Below, in pieces: positions 19,103 through 28,411 of a stretch of DNA of 64,000 bases. A program made the position numbers and the translations under genes. The notes under the pieces were generated by a model, which worked only from the letters and a program-made list of their open reading frames with translations, had not been told where the DNA came from and did not search any database. The DNA is taken from contig CBDBDT010000001.1 of the NCBI GenBank assembly GCA_965203975.1, forward strand, positions 438,880 to 502,879, in the 5' to 3' direction. This DNA comes from Dehalococcoidia bacterium (lineage in GTDB: Bacteria > Chloroflexota > Dehalococcoidia > Lucifugimonadales > UBA3495). Every line of letters starts with the position of its first letter. Position 1 is the stretch's first letter.

Positions 19103-19858
19103 TCACTTCGCGGTGATTCCGCCGTCGATGATCAGCTCAATGCCGGTGATCCAGGCCGATTCATCTGAGGCGAGATAGAGGGCGCCGTAGGCTACGTCGC
19201 GGGAGTGGCCGAGGCGGCCCAGAGGGACCTCGTCGGTGCGCTGCCGCAGAACCTCCGGGTTGTCGCTGATCCCTGACAGCATGGGCGTATCGACGGGGCC
19301 GGGGTGGATGGAGTTGCAGCGTATGCCCTCGGGGGCGTGCTGGATGGCTGTCGTCTTGGTGAAGGTGCGAACCGCCCCTTTGGATGCACTGTAGGCGGCT
19401 CCGGTCAGGGCACGGCCGAGGATGCCGGCGATGGAGGAGATGTTGATGATTGAGCCTCCCCCGGCCCGGCGCAGGGCCGGAAGGGACTTTCGCGTCCCCA
19501 GGAAAACGCCCTTAGTGTTGACCGCCATAATGCGGTCCCACAGTTCCTCTGAGGTGTCCTCTATGGGATCGGCGTTGGCGATCCCGGCGTTGTTGACGAG
19601 GACGTCCAGCCTGCCGAAGCGGCCCTCGGCAGTGTGGACCGCTTCCTCCCAGTCGGCGTCGCTGGTCACGTCCAGGTGGACGTAAACCGCCTCGCCGCCG
19701 GACTCGCTGATTCGCCGTTCGACGGACTGCCCCTCATCATCGAGGACGTCGCCGAACACCACCTTGGCGCCTTCACTGGCGAACAACTCCGTCTCCAGGG
19801 CCCCCTGGCCCCTGGCGCCCCCGGAAATCAATACGATCTTCCCATCCAGCCTGCCCAT
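19103..19858 (-). CDS. SDR family oxidoreductase
   Basis: It has the cofactor motif ISGGARGQG, NNAG, and the catalytic YSASKGAV. The start MGRLDGK has an AGGAG RBS. Confidence 0.9.
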   Translation of the reverse strand: MGRLDGKIVLISGGARGQGALETELFASEGAKVVFGDVLDDEGQSVERRISESGGEAVYVHLDVTSDADWEEAVHTAEGRFGRLDVLVNNAGIANADPIEDTSEELWDRIMAVNTKGVFLGTRKSLPALRRAGGGSIINISSIAGILGRALTGAAYSASKGAVRTFTKTTAIQHAPEGIRCNSIHPGPVDTPMLSGISDNPEVLRQRTDEVPLGRLGHSRDVAYGALYLASDESAWITGIELIIDGGITAK

Positions 19859-20156
19859 GGTAGTGGCTCCTTTAGTATTTGAGAATTGGTGATGCCATTC
19901 TACCAGTGGGACCCAGTCCCATGGTCCGGTTTGCTGGAAAACATGAAGCCTTTCGATAACCGAGAGATCTGCATTTGTTCCGGAAAACAACGTAAGTTGT
20001 AGACGAATTACACATCAGAACCAACGCCTGGCCAGGACCTTTCTCGCAGGAATCCCACAGCCGGTAGTACAAACACTGGGGGCAGGTCAGCAGCTGCCTG
20101 TGTACAGCCGCCGTCTCTTGCCCTCAGGGAGGCCTCCGGCAAGTCCTGGACTCTGT

Positions 20157-20837
20157 CTATTGCCACAGGTCGGGATCGGGTCGGTTCATCAGTACGAAGC
20201 CCAGGTATCCATACCAGATAACCAGTAGCACGTAGAAGCCCCGGGCCAAGGTGATAAAGGTGTCGCGGCCGTCGTTGTCGAGTACGGCTATCATGAAAAA
20301 GACCATTACGGCCAGGCTGACAAGGGCAGCCAACAGCGAGATTATCCGGTTGAAGTCGTCTCTCGTGGAGAGGCCCAACGCGAAAATGAAGCCGCCAAAC
20401 CCAAGCGTTATCCCACCGGCGTAGAGGAGAGCGGAGCCGACATAGTAGACGGGAACGCTTTCCCTGATCTGGTCGCTGGTTTGGGCATCGGCCAGAATTA
20501 AATCCATGCCGCTGCCTAGAATCCAACCGGTCAGTCCCACGAGGATCATGAAGAAGCCCATCTGGGCAAACGCCTTGCCGTTGCCCTGCAAGGTTACGTT
20601 TCGCATCAGCGCATAGAGGCCCGAGAGTATTATGGCCAGGCCAAGGATTATCCCGATGTTGGTTACCTTGGCCAGCGCGGCGTTGGCACCCTTGGCCGTT
20701 ATGGAGCCAACAGCGTCTGACACGTCGGCGCTGTCTATTAGCAGTCCACCCGGCTCTATGAGAAAGAAGACGAAGGCGATTATCGGGCCGAATATGAGGG
20801 ACAGACCCGCTAGCTGGTTCACCGATATAGTGCCCAT
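20157..20837 (-). CDS. Hypothetical integral membrane protein
   Basis: It has multiple hydrophobic segments. The start MGTISVNQ has an AAGGAGG RBS. I did not recognise a family. Confidence 0.6.
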   Translation of the reverse strand: MGTISVNQLAGLSLIFGPIIAFVFFLIEPGGLLIDSADVSDAVGSITAKGANAALAKVTNIGIILGLAIILSGLYALMRNVTLQGNGKAFAQMGFFMILVGLTGWILGSGMDLILADAQTSDQIRESVPVYYVGSALLYAGGITLGFGGFIFALGLSTRDDFNRIISLLAALVSLAVMVFFMIAVLDNDGRDTFITLARGFYVLLVIWYGYLGFVLMNRPDPDLWQ

Positions 20838-21304
20838 GTTTGAACCTCCTTTATGTGGTGTCATGAGAGGGATCCATTGGGTTCAATCCCTCCTGGCCCA
20901 CATCCTGACGCCGGAGTTGTGGCATTGCAATAGGAAAGTGGCCTGCCTCCGATAGTATCTTGGGGCGTCGGTGCCCACAAACGTGTCCATAACGCATCCT
21001 GACGGTTTAAGGGCACAGGGGCCAGAGATCATGGGACCTGGGGAGAGGCGCGAGACACCGTATGACGCCAGGTAGAAGATTCCGGCCTGGAATAGTCTGC
21101 TTATGTTTTGACTTTCAAAAGAGCCCGTCGATGGAGATGGACATGTCGCTGCCCTACCGGGCGGCCCAACGGCCAAAGTTGGTCTAGTGTGGTTATAGGA
21201 GACAACGTCAAGCCGCTGAATACCTTTCCAACGCCTAAAGATTCGCCCTGCTCAGTATCCCTGTTCTTTATGTCAGATTCGGCCTGTTGCAAGAGTAACA
21301 GGCG

Positions 21305-23047
21305 TCACTGGTAAAGTTCCTCGCCGCGATGCAGGCGGAGGGCGATCTGGTAGGTCTGGCCCTGGGCCCGGGGCGTCGGGCAGTGGGCCGCCAGGTAGCG
21401 GGACAGGCCGATCATCACCTGGCGGCCGGACTCAGTGCCTTCCCTGGAGTCGAACTGGCGGAACCCGGCGTCCACGATCTGGAAGGAGTGGAAGCCGGCG
21501 TCCTCCCGCAGCATCATCCGCCCCAGCGTCGCCATCAGGCCTTCCGGGACTCCCCGGCCGGCGAGATAGCCGGACACCGCCTGGGCCGATTCTTCCACCT
21601 GCTGCCTGACGTTCACCATCTCCAGCAGCCGGTCTAGCTGCTCGGCGGCGGGAACAGGACTGGCCGTAGCATCCGGGAGCCGCTGGGGCGGCATATTGAG
21701 GAAGCGGTCCAGGTATACGCTCATGGCCACGTCGAAGACCCCGCGCAGCAACTCCGGGGTCGGAGTCCGCTGCAGGGCCTGATGCAGGGCGTTGGCCGCG
21801 GTGAGGGTGTTGTGCACCGTGTCCCAGTCCCGGAACTCGTTGGAGGTGTGGAAATGGGCCATCCGCAGGAAGGCCGCGTGGGCCACGGCTGACCCCAGCT
21901 GCTGGGGGGTGGCGCCCTCGGCGATAGCCCGCTTGATGGCCCCCATGATCTCACCGGGTTCGTCTCCCAGGATCCCGGCCGCCAGGGATTCTGTCCTGTT
22001 CCAAGTGCCGGAACTTCTGCGGCCCTGCTCCAGCAGACCTGGGAGTTCCCGTCTCGCCTCCCAGACCATTGAGGCCAGGTCCACCGGCTGGCGCCACCGG
22101 CTGAGCTCCTGGCTGCGGCGGGCCCGGGCCATCCCGTGGACCAGGCTGGGCAGCACCGGTCCGGCCATCTCCCAGCCCAGGTGGTCCAGCAGCTCGAAGG
22201 CCTTGTTGGCGAAATCCACCACGTGGCCGGCGTCGAGGTAGATGTGGTCCGTGGCGGCGGCGAAGATCATGCTAGCGACGTCGGCCCTGGAAAATCCCAG
22301 AGCAATGGCGGTGGTCAGACACCGCTCCGCTCCCTCCTCGTCCCGCACGTCGATGAAGTCCCGGAACCACCGGGAGAAGACCTCCGGGCGGGTCTCGCCG
22401 GTGGGCAGTGGCTCCACCGGGAATCGGGGGGCCTTGCCGGCGCACTCCCGGGCGACATGCAAAAGACCCTGGTAGAGGGCCCGGGGTCGGTCTTCCTGGT
22501 GCAGCTTGGGCAGGATGTTGGCGGTGCAGGTCAGGATGCTCATGGCGGCGCCCCAGCCGTTGGCCGAGTAGGTGGCGCCGAACTTGGCGCCGATCCGCAA
22601 GGGTTCCCGGTAGTCCGCACCCGTTCCCTCCATGCCCAGCACCGACTTGGCGATGACCAGCCGGATGTTGTGCTCCAGCCCGTCCTCCAGGCGCCGCCGC
22701 CAGTGTCGCCCCTCGTCCCGGGGCGCGGGCTCCGGGTCCACCCACACCTGGCCGTCCACCACGGTCACCGGGAAGCTGCGCACGTCGTCGGCGAAGGGAT
22801 TGAAGGTGCCGCCGCTGGATAGGTCGAAGCGGGCGTGGTGCCAGTGGCAGGTGAGGATGCCGTCCCTGACGCTGCCCCGGTCCAGGGGAAAGCCCATGTG
22901 GGGACAACGGTTGTCCACCGCGTAGGCTGCTCCATCGTGATAGAACACCGCGATGGCGTGTCCCCCACCGGTGACCACGGTGCAGCCGCGCTCCCTGATC
23001 TCCTCCAGGGTGCCCGCCCTGATGCGTCCCTCCACAGTCGTTGCCAT
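21305..23047 (-). CDS. Rieske [2Fe-2S] domain protein fused to a large uncharacterised, probably helical, C-terminal domain
   Basis: It has the Rieske ligand motifs CPHMGFPL and CHWHHARF in the first ~110 aa, a GGAGG RBS, and about 470 aa with no motif I can assign. Confidence 0.8.
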   Translation of the reverse strand: MATTVEGRIRAGTLEEIRERGCTVVTGGGHAIAVFYHDGAAYAVDNRCPHMGFPLDRGSVRDGILTCHWHHARFDLSSGGTFNPFADDVRSFPVTVVDGQVWVDPEPAPRDEGRHWRRRLEDGLEHNIRLVIAKSVLGMEGTGADYREPLRIGAKFGATYSANGWGAAMSILTCTANILPKLHQEDRPRALYQGLLHVARECAGKAPRFPVEPLPTGETRPEVFSRWFRDFIDVRDEEGAERCLTTAIALGFSRADVASMIFAAATDHIYLDAGHVVDFANKAFELLDHLGWEMAGPVLPSLVHGMARARRSQELSRWRQPVDLASMVWEARRELPGLLEQGRRSSGTWNRTESLAAGILGDEPGEIMGAIKRAIAEGATPQQLGSAVAHAAFLRMAHFHTSNEFRDWDTVHNTLTAANALHQALQRTPTPELLRGVFDVAMSVYLDRFLNMPPQRLPDATASPVPAAEQLDRLLEMVNVRQQVEESAQAVSGYLAGRGVPEGLMATLGRMMLREDAGFHSFQIVDAGFRQFDSREGTESGRQVMIGLSRYLAAHCPTPRAQGQTYQIALRLHRGEELYQ

Positions 23048-23121
23048 TGTTCGGCCTCCAGTCTATTGGGTTGTTGGGCATCGCGGCGATATCGCCCTTG
23101 GACATTCCCGCTTCCTCTGGT

Positions 23122-23894
23122 TCAGTGCTGCCCGATGAACTCCAGCACCAAGCCGTTCCAGACCTGGGGCCGTTCCCAGAATCCGGCGTGCCCCGCCTCC
23201 GGCAGGGAGACGAACCGGGAGGTTGGAAGGCCCGCCGCCAGCATCCGCATCAGCGCCGGGGGTGAGAGAAGGTCAGCTTCTCCGGACAGCACCAGGGTGG
23301 GAACCGCCATGCTTTGCAGGCGGGCATAGGTGATGGGCTGGCGGAGGGGCTGCGGGGGCACCGCCCCACCGGGCCGGCTGGCCCGTTCTATTTCCAGCCA
23401 TTGGTTGGTTCCTTCGGGATCGGTGCCCCGGTAGGAGGGCCCGAGTTCGCGAAGCTCCACCGGGAGGTCCTGTATCTCGGAGGGACGGAGCCGGTGCTGC
23501 ACTTCCAGGTAGGACTGGTCCTGAACGCCTCCGATGGTGTTGGCCGCCACCAGGCTGCGGACCCTCTCAGGGTGGGTGAGAGCATAGTCCAGGGCGGTGA
23601 CCCCGCCCGCCGCCGTCGCCACCAGGTGGGCCGACTTCAGGGACAGACTCTCCACTAGGGCATGCAGGTCGTCTCCGGCGAACCCCGGCTGGTGTTCCGG
23701 GGAGGTGGGCCTAGAGCGGCCCCAGGTGCGCCGGTCGTAGGCGATGCAGCGGTAGCCGACGGCGGTGAAGACGGGCAGCTGATGTGCCTAGCCATGGCAG
23801 GTCCCGGTGCGGCATGAAGGAAGACTACCGGGGTCCCGGGCCCGCCGGTGTCCTCGTAGTACAGGTCAACTCCAGGCAGAGACAGGTATGGCAA
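23122..23894 (-). pseudogene. Alpha/beta hydrolase, frameshifted
   Basis: The N-terminal piece MPYLSLPGVDLYYEDTGGPGTPVVFLHAA (frame A) continues as HQLPVFTAVGYRCIAYDRR...LVATAAGG in another frame. The shift lies near 23785-23800, and a TAG blocks the second frame just upstream. The expected nucleophile elbow reads ATAAGG, with no Ser. Confidence 0.7.
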
Positions 23895-24376
23895 AAACTT
23901 CCCTTCCTACTGAAAGGTTTGAACCAAGCACCCGGTCGCTGCACATGCCATCGTGCCGTTTGCTGCGCCCGCCGCTGAACCCAGTATAACCGCGGTTCCC
24001 AGGGGTTGCAGACGAGGTGACGTTCATCCAGCTATGGGGAGCAGGACTTTCCCTTGGCTGGCCGTCTGAATCGCTAGGTTCACCTCAATGTTGTGACTTC
24101 AGTGGGCCTAGAGGCCCGCTTTCCGCTGGTAACCCCTCGTGGAACCTATGGCCCTCCGCCGTCACCCCTCCCGCAAAGTTCGAACATCTGCCGGGTATCC
24201 TTGATCTATTATGTCGGAATATATGGCTGATTGGCCTGCAAAGATCTGTTACCGACACATCAATCTTCTTAGAGGGTTATGAAAACGTAGGTACTTGGCT
24301 TTATTCGTACCGGTATACCTATATTTTTAATGGAACTTAGTATTCTTAAGGTGAATTCCAGCGATTTACAAATATC

Positions 24377-24407
24377 TTGACGTCATACTTAGCTTGTTTG
24401 TTACAAT
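24377..24407 (+). promoter_or_regulatory. Sigma-70-like promoter candidate (TTGACG, 19-nt spacer, TACAAT with a TG extended -10)
   Basis: The hexamers at 24377-24382 and 24402-24407 were read by eye, about 135 nt upstream of SBP3. Confidence 0.35.
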
Positions 24408-24541
24408 ATCACTCACATACTGTGGCGCGTAAGGTCCCTTCCGTTCGATCCCCACCGCTGCTGCTTCGGTATAGAGGACAGCCTAGCCAACGGTCTGGAA
24501 TGGCGTTAACCCACACACCATAAATATTAGGAGAATCGCTG

Positions 24542-26341
24542 ATGCTGTACTTTAAAGCGCTCAAACTGGGTTCGGCCTTGGTAATGGCACTGATGCTCGC
24601 GGTAGCTTGCGGGACAGCGGCCCCTGCTGAAGAACTGCCCGCTCAGTCCAGCTCCAGTCCCGCCTCCGCCGCAACGCCCAGCACCGGCTCCGGAACAGGA
24701 TCTACGCCCCCTTCCAGCGGTAGCTCCAGCACATCCTCAGAAAGTGCCGCCCCTATCGCTGCTCCTCAAGCCGAGGCACAACCTGCATCGGCGACGATGG
24801 AAGTCAACCCAGGAAAAGTGACCATCATGGTCGGAGATTTGGGTAACGAACGGTTCGACCAAACATTCGTGGGTGGAACACCAGGATTTGGGAACTATGG
24901 TTCGATCGTTCACGCGACTCTCATAACTAGTTCCGAGGACAGGGGTGTGATCCCAGGCATAGCCACCGATTGGAGCTTGTCCGATGATGGCTTGGCTTGG
25001 ACCTTTACCATAAGAGAGGGGGTGAATTTTCATGATGGGTCGGAGCTAACTGCAGAGGACGTGCTGTGGACTCTTGATCACAGTTTTGGTCATCAAGCTC
25101 CGGAGTACTCCGTCAGTACTACAGCGGCAAGGATAGCCCGCGATCTGAAGAGCATTGAGTTGAGCGGGCCAAACCAAGTAGTGGTGGCTACGACACAGAT
25201 TCGGTTGGATATACCCCAACAAGTTGCGGACAATGATCCCGGATATTTCCCTCCCATGCCTAAGAGGGACAAGCTACACGACCTTGAGGCAGAAGCTGCA
25301 TATGACCTGAACCCGATTGGCACCGGGTTCATGAGCTTGGCAAGCCACAATAAGGCATCCAAGATGGGGTTCGAACGCTTTGATGACTTCTACTACCAGC
25401 CCAAGAACGGCTTGCCTGAAGACAAGCGGGTGAGATTCCAATCGTTGGATTTGTTCTTGGTACCGGAGGAGTCCACTAGGGTGGCGGCAATACGGTCGGG
25501 TGAAGCAGATATCGCCCCAATCAGCATGCAAAGCAAGAAGGCGGTAGAGGACGGTGACGGCCGTTTGGTGTTCGCTAGTGAAGCCGTGATTTCTCAACCC
25601 GGTCTTCAGGGATGCTGGGAACCTCAGTATCCCTGCCACGACATCCGCGTCCGACAGGCCCTGGACTTAGCCATCGACAAGAAATTAATACAGGAAACGC
25701 TCTATGGGGGTCCCGAAGTCTTCGAGATAAAGGGGTGGAAGACTGTCAGTCCTAGCACAATCGGATACACCCCCGAGTTGGACCCTTGGCCCGCCGACCC
25801 AGACAAAGCCCGGCAATTGATGGCAGATGCCGGCTACCCCGGCGGTGAAGGTTTCGGCGATTTCGTCATCAACGTCCGTCAGGGCACCGCACTGCCGCTT
25901 ATGATTGAAACTGCCCAACTAGTCGCCGATATGTGGAAGAAGGAGCTGGGCTTGGAGGTGGAAGTAAGGGTGCTCGAAAGCCAAGACAGCAAGAGAAGGA
26001 GATACGCGGGTGAACTCCATGGACAAGTATACTGGGAGGAAAATGACACGCGGGTAGATGCTTCATCTCAGGCCAATTCATACGGCGACCCCGAGAACAA
26101 GAGCCGGTGGCACGGGGACCCCGAACTACACCGAATGGGCCGGGAAGCTTTTCTGATGCTGGACCCAGTCGAACGAGAGAAAGCCCTCACGAAATTGTAC
26201 CAGCGTTACCGGGAAGAAAGTTATCACTTGGGGATTGGATACGCAAACACTCCTTGGGCGGTAGGACCGCGTGTCGTGTCTTGGGAGCCTTATCCCCTGA
26301 CATTGTTCCCATCCGCTCTTCACAAGTTAACACTCAAGTAA
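24542..26341 (+). CDS. ABC transporter substrate-binding lipoprotein, family 5, SBP3
   Basis: It has an AGGAG RBS, a lipobox LAVAC|GT, a Ser/Pro/Ala-rich linker and an SBP_bac_5-like body (GTGFMSLASHNKASKMGFERFDDFYYQP). Confidence 0.9.
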   Translation: MLYFKALKLGSALVMALMLAVACGTAAPAEELPAQSSSSPASAATPSTGSGTGSTPPSSGSSSTSSESAAPIAAPQAEAQPASATMEVNPGKVTIMVGDLGNERFDQTFVGGTPGFGNYGSIVHATLITSSEDRGVIPGIATDWSLSDDGLAWTFTIREGVNFHDGSELTAEDVLWTLDHSFGHQAPEYSVSTTAARIARDLKSIELSGPNQVVVATTQIRLDIPQQVADNDPGYFPPMPKRDKLHDLEAEAAYDLNPIGTGFMSLASHNKASKMGFERFDDFYYQPKNGLPEDKRVRFQSLDLFLVPEESTRVAAIRSGEADIAPISMQSKKAVEDGDGRLVFASEAVISQPGLQGCWEPQYPCHDIRVRQALDLAIDKKLIQETLYGGPEVFEIKGWKTVSPSTIGYTPELDPWPADPDKARQLMADAGYPGGEGFGDFVINVRQGTALPLMIETAQLVADMWKKELGLEVEVRVLESQDSKRRRYAGELHGQVYWEENDTRVDASSQANSYGDPENKSRWHGDPELHRMGREAFLMLDPVEREKALTKLYQRYREESYHLGIGYANTPWAVGPRVVSWEPYPLTLFPSALHKLTLK

Positions 26342-26399
26342 TGCTCGGCTAGCTGGGTAGCTCCGCCTCTCGCTCTCGTCTGGAAAGGTTCCTATATTG

Positions 26400-26444
26400 A
26401 GCCCCATCTCCGGCGCACTGTTATAAGCCGGGGCATGGGGCTCA
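26400..26444 (+). promoter_or_regulatory. Intercistronic hairpin between SBP3 and the permease gene
   Basis: It has a 9-bp outer stem gagccccat/atggggctc and an inner ccggc/gccgg helix. Its position is analogous to the hairpin at 9110-9138. Confidence 0.45.
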
Positions 26445-26471
26445 AGCGGAAGGGAACTCTGGAGATGGTCA

Positions 26472-27389
26472 ATGCAACGGTTCATCCTTGTAAGAGTTTT
26501 CCAAGGGGTGATCACCCTGCTGATCCTCAGCTTGGCGGTGTTCCTGAGTGTTCACCTGACCGGGGATCCGGCTCTCTACCTGTTGGGCCCCGATGACACA
26601 CAAAAGGATTATGAACAACTGAAGAAAAACATGGGCTTGGACCGGCCTCTGCCGTTACAGTATGTGAGCTTCTTAGGGAACATCGCCCGGGCAGACTTTG
26701 GCGTTTCTCAACTCCGCGGTCAACCGGCACGGCAGTTGCTAATTGAACGCTTCCCAGCCACCTTGCAACTGGCCGGAGCCGCTTTCTTGCTTACGGTAGT
26801 CGTGGGCATCCCCTTGGGCATTTTATCGGCGGTAAAACGGGACTCTATACTCGATACCTTGGGGAAATTCTTTGCCGTGGCTGGCATAGCGGCTCCCAGC
26901 TTCTGGATAGCCATCATGTTGATTCTGTTGTTTGGCGCCATTTTGGGGTGGCTGCCCACCTTTGGAGCAGGGGGTATCGACCACTTCATCCTGCCGGCCT
27001 TTGTGCTGTCTTGGCACAGCATGGCTGGAGTGGTGCGGTTGGCCCGGTCCAGTATGCTGGAGGTGCTTGATAGCGAATACGTCAAGTTTGCCCGAATCAA
27101 GGGGCTTTCGGAAAGAACGGTGATCTACAAGCATGCCCTTAAAAACGGGGTCATTCCAGTGATGACCTTTTCCGGCCTGACCTTAGCAGGCCTGCTGAAC
27201 GGCTCGGTAGTAGTTGAGGTGGTTTTTGCCTGGCCCGGTATCGGACGGCTTATGCTTCAGGGAATCAATACTCGGGATTTCCCCATAGTGCAGGCCACGG
27301 TGCTGACTGCGGGTGCCTTTTATATCGCCACTTCCCTAATAGTAGATATTCTTTATGCTTATGTTAATCCCAGGATCCGGTACGATTAA
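26472..27389 (+). CDS. ABC transporter permease (DppB/OppB-like), paralog of 9171-10088
   Basis: It is the same length (305 aa) and is identical to the first copy at roughly four fifths of positions by eye. Confidence 0.9.
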   Translation: MQRFILVRVFQGVITLLILSLAVFLSVHLTGDPALYLLGPDDTQKDYEQLKKNMGLDRPLPLQYVSFLGNIARADFGVSQLRGQPARQLLIERFPATLQLAGAAFLLTVVVGIPLGILSAVKRDSILDTLGKFFAVAGIAAPSFWIAIMLILLFGAILGWLPTFGAGGIDHFILPAFVLSWHSMAGVVRLARSSMLEVLDSEYVKFARIKGLSERTVIYKHALKNGVIPVMTFSGLTLAGLLNGSVVVEVVFAWPGIGRLMLQGINTRDFPIVQATVLTAGAFYIATSLIVDILYAYVNPRIRYD

Positions 27390-27402
27390 CTAGGAGGGTT
27401 CC

Positions 27403-28284
27403 GTGGCCGCTTCGTTGAACCTCGCTACAGGTAGATTTGACCGGTTACTTGCCATACCCAGGCGGGCCAAAAAAGCTCACCTGCCTTGGTTTCCCGTAAT
27501 CATCATGACCACGGTGGTGATCTGTGCCATATTTGCGCCCCTAGTAGCTCCCCACGACCCCACCGAAATAAGCATGCTCGACGCCAAGCTCGCACCCGGG
27601 GAAAACATGAGCTACCCTCTAGGCACAGACATTATGGGGCGCGATATGGGTAGCCGCCTCATATATGGTGCCCGCACCGCGTTATTCATCAGCCTGATTG
27701 CCTTGGGCACCGGGGCTTTCGTGGGCACGGTACTCGGATTGGCAGCCGGCTTCCGCGCAGGGTGGGTCGACATATTGATAATGCGCGCTGCGGATGCGGC
27801 CTTGGGCTTCCCGACGATCCTAGTGGCGATGATCATCGTCACCATTTTGGGGGCGGGAATCGGAAACATCATCCTAGCGGTCGCGCTAACCGTCTGGGCA
27901 AGGTTCGCCCGGATGATACGAGGTGATGTTCTGGCGATAAAAGAGCTGGACTTTGTGACCTTCGCCAAAATAGCCGGGTTGCCGACGCCTTCGATAATAG
28001 CCCGCCACATATTCCCCAACACCATCAATACCTTGATGGTCATCACCTCCCTGCAGATCGGCCAGGTAATCCTGTTGGAAGCATCGTTGAGCTTCCTAGG
28101 ACTAGGTCTGCCTCCGGGAGACCCAGCATGGGGAATCATGGTTTCAGAGGGGCGTTCGGTTATCCTCGACGTATGGTGGTTGGCTCTACTGCCAGGCTTG
28201 GCTATAACGGCAGTCGTCCTCGCCTTCAACTTCTTCGGGGATTGGCTGCGTGATACCCTCGACCCTAAGTTGCGCAGGATCTAA
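27403..28284 (+). CDS. ABC transporter permease (DppC/OppC-like), paralog of 10129-11016
   Basis: It has a GTG start with an AGGAGGG RBS and is very similar by eye to the first copy (for example PLGTDIMGRDM, FGDWLRDTLDPKLRRI). Confidence 0.9.
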   Translation: MAASLNLATGRFDRLLAIPRRAKKAHLPWFPVIIMTTVVICAIFAPLVAPHDPTEISMLDAKLAPGENMSYPLGTDIMGRDMGSRLIYGARTALFISLIALGTGAFVGTVLGLAAGFRAGWVDILIMRAADAALGFPTILVAMIIVTILGAGIGNIILAVALTVWARFARMIRGDVLAIKELDFVTFAKIAGLPTPSIIARHIFPNTINTLMVITSLQIGQVILLEASLSFLGLGLPPGDPAWGIMVSEGRSVILDVWWLALLPGLAITAVVLAFNFFGDWLRDTLDPKLRRI

Positions 28285-28411
28285 GCCTGCAACTCGCGGC
28301 GGGACTTTCCTTAAACCGACCCGTGCAGGCAGCCCATCATGCTGTCCATAGCGTTCCGGGCGATGCTGCTCACTATCCGCTGGCCGACGCAGGCCCCGGA
28401 ACCGCCTAACG

